64,000 nucleotides of DNA, taken from assembly GCA_013239625.1 (NCBI GenBank), contig MU054220.1, positions 5,096,587 to 5,160,586 on the forward strand. Reading direction: 5' to 3'. This DNA is from Lama guanicoe. Lineage: Eukaryota. Shown one piece after another: positions 58,961-64,000 of the stretch. The notes beneath the pieces are model-generated. The model was not told the DNA's origin. It worked only from the letters and a program-made list of their open reading frames with translations, and did not search any database. The position numbers were made by a program, and so were the translations under genes. The stretch's first letter is position 1. Each line of letters opens with the position of its first letter.

Positions 58961-59382
58961 TATTTAAGTGTTACATGGGTGGTTATCAAGAACAAAATAT
59001 TTCCCTACTTACTGGTCTCCATAATAGACACACATGGGAATGTCATCTGTGCAAAATAGGTGCAGGCAGACAAGATTATATTTAATGGGTCTTTTTATTC
59101 CCTACAACAATCCTCTTTCATCCCTAGTGGGGAAGGTTTCTGGGAGCAGTTGATAGAGATGGAAAAGTTTGCTAAACACATTGATCACCACGGCACCCAA
59201 ATCTGGGTGACACTTGTGTTTGCTCAGTGGGCGATCACCATGTAAAAGTAGTTTCCTTGGGCAAAAGGGAATGTTTTATGATTATATCAAAGGGCAAGTG
59301 GGTATCTGTGTTTATGTGTGGGGAGGAGGGGGTAAACCCTGAAATAAGCCTTTCTGACCATTATAAAACCTTCAACTTACTA

Positions 59383-59479
59383 TCCTTTTCCTTTTTTCTT
59401 CTTCCTCCCCCTTCCCTTTTATTCCTTCCTTCCTTTCCTTCCTGCCTCCATCCCTCTCTTCCCCCTTCCTTCTTTCCTT
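59383..59479. repeat. Pyrimidine-rich (TTCC)-like low-complexity tract
   Basis: About 97 nt of almost pure C/T. Confidence 0.9.
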
Positions 59480-60249
59480 GAATATTTATTGATACTTTGT
59501 GCTAGGCAATAGAATCTACTGGCTTAGATTCTAGGTATTTCAAGCATCAGGAGCGCTTCCTGTTGTTACCAGTAATTATAGTCCTTTGGAGTCATGAGAT
59601 AAATGAGACTTTTTTGGCAGATGGAACTTTAGGAGATCTTATTGGTGCAATTTCCTAATCCAAGCTTGGCTCAGAGAATAAGGCTTTCACAAGATTATAT
59701 AAGCTTTAAAATTACAATAACTTCTCACACTCTCATCACAACACCATACCCATCCATATCCATATGTCAAGATGTGGGTGTAGGGAACATAATTTCTATC
59801 TTGTGAGAACAGCATCATCTCCATTTTTGATATCCAGATAGGCTAGGATCAAACTCCCACAGTATTTTTACTCCCTTGAGCCCCCTCACTATGTCATAGT
59901 GAGTCTTAATTGTCTATATTTTGGAGAGATAAGTTAATTTTTGTAAGAAATACTGAGGACTGTATCTGTATACACTGTACAGATATTTAAAAACTAAAGA
60001 TTTGGAGCAGGGGAGTGACATGACCTAATGCCTTCATTTTACAGATGAGGAAGGGGACTCTCATACAATGAAGAAAGGTACTCCAGGTCATACAGTGAAC
60101 AAGTTGCAATTATGGATCTAGAACTCTGGTCCTTTGGATGAAATAGTAGTGGACTTACGTTGTCTCTTTATGTCCATTTCCTTATTTGTAAAACAAAGAC
60201 ATCAGACTGTGTCATTTCATTTCCCTCTCAAAAATCTTTTGCCTTTCCA

Positions 60250-60825
60250 ATATGTGTAAATTACATACACAGACCCTGACTGACTTCATGGAACAGGGAT
60301 CCCTTCTGCCACTTAGGAACATCCATTAGGAACTCATGCTTGATCAAGAAATAAACTTCTTTTATTGTACATTTCTGAGATTTTAGGGTTGTTATGAAAG
60401 CCTGTTACAAGGGTGTTACCTTTAATAATAAAGATGGGTAGTCTGGACCTTTTTCTGACTGACCATAATGATTGATTCAAGGAGCTGTCACATGTTTTAA
60501 GCATGGCCAATCAGAGCATGCCAGGAAACTTCGTATGTAGCAGAGACATACGGTATTTTAACTTTGGGGGGACTGTAAGTTATAAAGGTAATTTAAGCTC
60601 GAATTGCTGTGGCTATTCTTACTCCTTCTGAAAAGAACGAAGCTATCCCAGAGAAAAGCAGAGATGAGTCATGGTAAAAGTGGGCCATGATACCATTTGA
60701 TCACTTGGAATTATGACTAAATTCCTAGGCTTTGCAGCTAAGTGAGTTAGTTAATTTCTTTCTGTTTAAGCTAGTTTGAGTTGAGTTTCTGTCACTTAAA
60801 GCTGAAAGAGCCCTGGCTAAATACT
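60250..60825 (+). mobile_element. MLT1-type MaLR LTR fragments
   Basis: AGAAATAAACTTCTTTATTG...CATGGCCAATCAGAGC...TTTAAGCTAGTTTGAGTTGAGTTTCTGTCACTT. Confidence 0.65.
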
Positions 60826-61399
60826 AACTGGAAGCTAAAGTAAAAGCCATATGTAATGGCAGTACTTTATGAAGTCTTAGAATTCTTCGATTTTTTTGCC
60901 CTAAAATAATTTTTATTTAATTAGCTGCAATGTGAAAAAGTGAGTAACTGCTCATGGGGGAACCTAATTTGGTAACCTCTGGGTTGATTTCATGAATCTC
61001 TTTCAATTTCTAAATCCTTGAAGGGCCTGCATCAATAGTAACTCAATATTGTGTCTTAATATTTTGAGACAACAAAACATTTCTGTATTTCTTTAAGATG
61101 ATCTGGGCCATGTTACCACCCTTGCAATTTTCCTCTAAACTTGCCTTCTCTTTTTGTCAAGTTCCTGAAGCAGCAATAAATTAAACTAAGCATCAATAAA
61201 CACAGTTCCCTTCAACTTACGTTTCTAGTTGCCAGAAGTCATTTCTCTTTGGTCTCTTGACAGGTAACAGGCATGATTCCAGCATAGAATACACTGTAGC
61301 GGTATTGATTTTTCTGTGATAATAGTAGTACAAATTTATTAAACTATCACCCTTTACTGGGACCTGTGCCTTACTCACAAAGATTACTTTCCCTTAAGA

Positions 61400-62130
61400 A
61401 GCACTCCTAGGCTTCTTGTGTATGTCCATGTTAAAGTCTAAATCCCTTAGCTTGTTTGGAGTTCAAAATTCTCCACAATCTGACCTGTACCTTACTTTCC
61501 AACCTTATTTCTCTGTCCTTTAATCAGATTGCATTGCTTGTGTTTCCTCTTACATTCCCATTATTCTGCTTTTATTCATGATGTTTCTTTTGCCTGCAGT
61601 GCCCTGTTTCTTTTCTTCCTCTGTATATACATAATTCTTACCCTTCTAGGCCAAGCTGAAGTGCCACATTCTCCATGAGGCTTTTTTTGATAACCTCAGC
61701 TGAAGTGACCTCCTCCTTACTTAGAACTTGGCAGCACTTTGTGCTCCTCTTCTATCAGTCACCACATTCACTACAGTGCTCGCACAACCAGAACCTCCAC
61801 GACTCTCACAATTAACCATGCCAATCTAATACTCCCCAGTACAATGACGAATGTCTTCACTCTCCCTCAACAGCAACAAAGCTGTGCAGTACTGGGGCCA
61901 GAATTCAACTCTAAGCTGTCTGAATCCCAAACTGGAAATTTTAACCACTGTGCTTTACTACTTTTTCCTATGATTCCTATGATGAATTGTTATTGATGAA
62001 TATGTCTTATTTTCAAGACTGCATTATAAACTCCCCCAAAGCAGAGTCCATTTTAACCTTGTGAATGCTTGGTGGAAAATCAGGGAAACGGTGGATGCTT
62101 AATAAATATTTGGATGGATGAATGATGAAA
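61400..62130 (+). mobile_element. L2 LINE 3' region interrupted by a MIR fragment
   Basis: TAAAGTCTAAATCCCTTAGC...CTTACCCTTCTAGGCCAAGCTGAAGTGCCACATTCTCCATGAGGC...GCTTAATAAATATTTGGATGGATGAATGA. Confidence 0.7.
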
Positions 62131-63159
62131 GGAGATGTACACTTCAGCAATTTTTTTTTGTTGTTGTTGCAGGAACTGAAAGTTATATTTCATTGGTTTT
62201 AGAATACTGGCAGCAGGAGAATCTCTTCTAATTATGTGTGATGTGGATATAATAATGAAATAACTTTTAACTGGGGGTTGGAGAAGAAAACTCAGAAGCA
62301 CATTGGGTACGAGAGGAAAGAGTGTGAACAGAGGATTCATAGCCTGGATATGTAGTTAAATTAAATTATTATGTGGTAATTTGAATTTATGTATTAAAAG
62401 AGCACATGGTGATATAAAATGATGTCATATATATATTAAATATATCTTGATATCTTGGTTCAGGATAAATATCTCTCATATTTTTTCCCTGAAGCTGCTG
62501 ACCCAAAAGATCAGTAATTCTCAAACTAATTTTCTTGCATGACATTTGTGTTGGATGATTCTTGTGTGAAATTTTCAGTGGGCAGATCATAACTCTGCTA
62601 TTCTCTCACTCGGTAAAATATGTCAGAAAGTTAGCATTAATAGTGGTAATATTTTAATTGTTATGATGATGTTCAGATTCGTGAAAAAAGCATTGGTGAT
62701 TTTAGCATTTTAACTATTATTGATAGCAAATGGATTGTGACTCTACACTACATTTCAAAACTTACGCCAGCAGCATTTTAAAGGTCAAGCAATATCTACT
62801 TTGTTCCAGAAAGATGCCCACCAGAGGACGTGGTTGTGTTACAAAGGTTGATGCATTTCCATTGGTTGAGACTAAGTCTTAGAGCAAGATTTCGGAGTCT
62901 TTTCCTTCAGAGGTGGGAAACTGATCAAGGGAGAGCATTATACAAGCTGAAGACCTAAAGATGAATGAAATGTGACATTGGATCAAATCAGTACATTATC
63001 TAGCCCAGACTTGTGCCCTAATGTGTATATAAGGCATGACTAGAAAGTTTAAAATATTTGCTCCTCATTATGGATAACATGAAATTGACTTTAAAGGCAA
63101 GGGCTGGGCTTTGTAATTTTGGAGTTCACATTACTACCTAGTACAGCTATATACAACAG

Positions 63160-63670
63160 AAGCTAACACTTACAAAATCCTATAATGAGATAAGCCTGTA
63201 CTGGGCTATGGTTTCTTTTCATTCTCTCAATGGCGCAGACAGGCAAAATGCTTTTGTCCACAATTTGAAGATGAAGAAATTGAAGGTCCATAGCAATTCC
63301 CTAAATTCCCACACCTAGTAAGCATATTAGATGAGAATGAGGGGCTGTGTAGGAGGGATAGAGGGGAAGGAATCCTGCCTCTCTGGAAGTGCTAAGATAT
63401 CCCAGGCATCTGTAAGAAGGTACTTCTGGTATGAAAAATAGATTTTAAAGTCAGATGGATCTGGATTAGAATCACTCACTACCTATGTGACCTTTATGAG
63501 CACATATATCAAATACTTATTACAGTGTGTGGCACACACTAAACAATTAATAAATACTAGCAACACTAATAATTACAATTATTATTGCTAACCAGAGCGT
63601 TAAGATGAGGTCTTGGGTCTGTTTGGTTTTAAAGTCTGCACACTTTTGTATTATACTGTGTGGATTCCCA
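63160..63670. mobile_element. Cluster of MIR fragments
   Basis: GATGAAGAAATTGAAG; AAAGTCAGATGGATCTGG...CTATGTGACCTT...GTGTGGCACAC. Confidence 0.6.
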
Positions 63671-64000
63671 CATATTTATTAAGTGAATAGATTCTCCCTA
63701 GTTTCTTTCTTTTTTTAAAAAAAAATTCTTTTAATCACTTATCATGGCTGTATGCTCTGTGTATTTATCTACAGCTGTAAACTTGGTAATAATAGAGCAT
63801 CAACTGAGCCCTAGGCTCAGAGTTTGAGTCTCCTCACTGCAGGTGGTCTCTATTTAATTTTATGATGGGTCTATTTTATTGATTCCTGTAAAGGCTGCAT
63901 TTTAGAAACTGGATCCTCAGCTGTCAGTCAGTAACCTGAAAGAGGTCTCCTTGCTCACTTTTCTGCCTCCGTAAGTGTAGTGACTTGCCAGTCACTTTAA

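Noticed and set aside
1..64000. Prokaryotic systems (CRISPR array, operon, defence island, phage)
   Set aside because: The sequence is mammalian and full of SINE/LINE/LTR relics. It has no repeat-spacer array and no dense ORFs.
51160..64000. Assigning a gene symbol to the promoter and first exon
   Set aside because: No recognisable coding exon lies in the window. A non-coding exon 1 with a long intron after a MIR-rich gene desert fits many genes; FGGY came to mind, but I cannot verify it from this sequence. A BLASTn search is needed.

Overview
Mammalian (not prokaryotic) genomic DNA, almost certainly camelid: it carries two tRNA-Ala(AGC)-derived SINEs of the camelid Vic-1 type and cetartiodactyl-style L1 3' ends. 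I can support no intact protein-coding gene. The only ORFs with recognisable homology are broken L1 ORF2 fragments (about 12.5-13.7 kb, minus strand); the rest of the ORF track looks like noise. The first ~51 kb are repeat-rich intergenic DNA (many MIR and L2 copies, old and young L1, MLT1/LTR16/LTR41 ERVL-MaLR LTRs, three ERV1-type LTRs, MER5/MER58 hAT elements, microsatellites) with a few repeat-free, motif-rich islands. At ~51.16-51.42 kb a small CpG-rich TATA-less promoter (CCAAT, E2F, tandem NRF1 and tandem ETS motifs) precedes an ATG-free first exon ending at a splice donor (51408/51409). The remaining ~12.6 kb look like the first intron of a + strand gene that cannot be named from this window. 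Best leads: (i) + strand exon-like units upstream of the promoter, including a 129-nt phase-1/phase-1 unit with an open frame; (ii) near-perfect RFX X-boxes on both sides of the promoter, two of them in or at L2 remnants; (iii) well-preserved retrotransposition scars (a tailless SINE, a tail-only insertion, a solo ERV1 LTR with TSD). I did not find convincing evidence for a novel biological system. Repeat family names come from recalled consensus similarity, and repeat boundaries are approximate unless a TSD is given.
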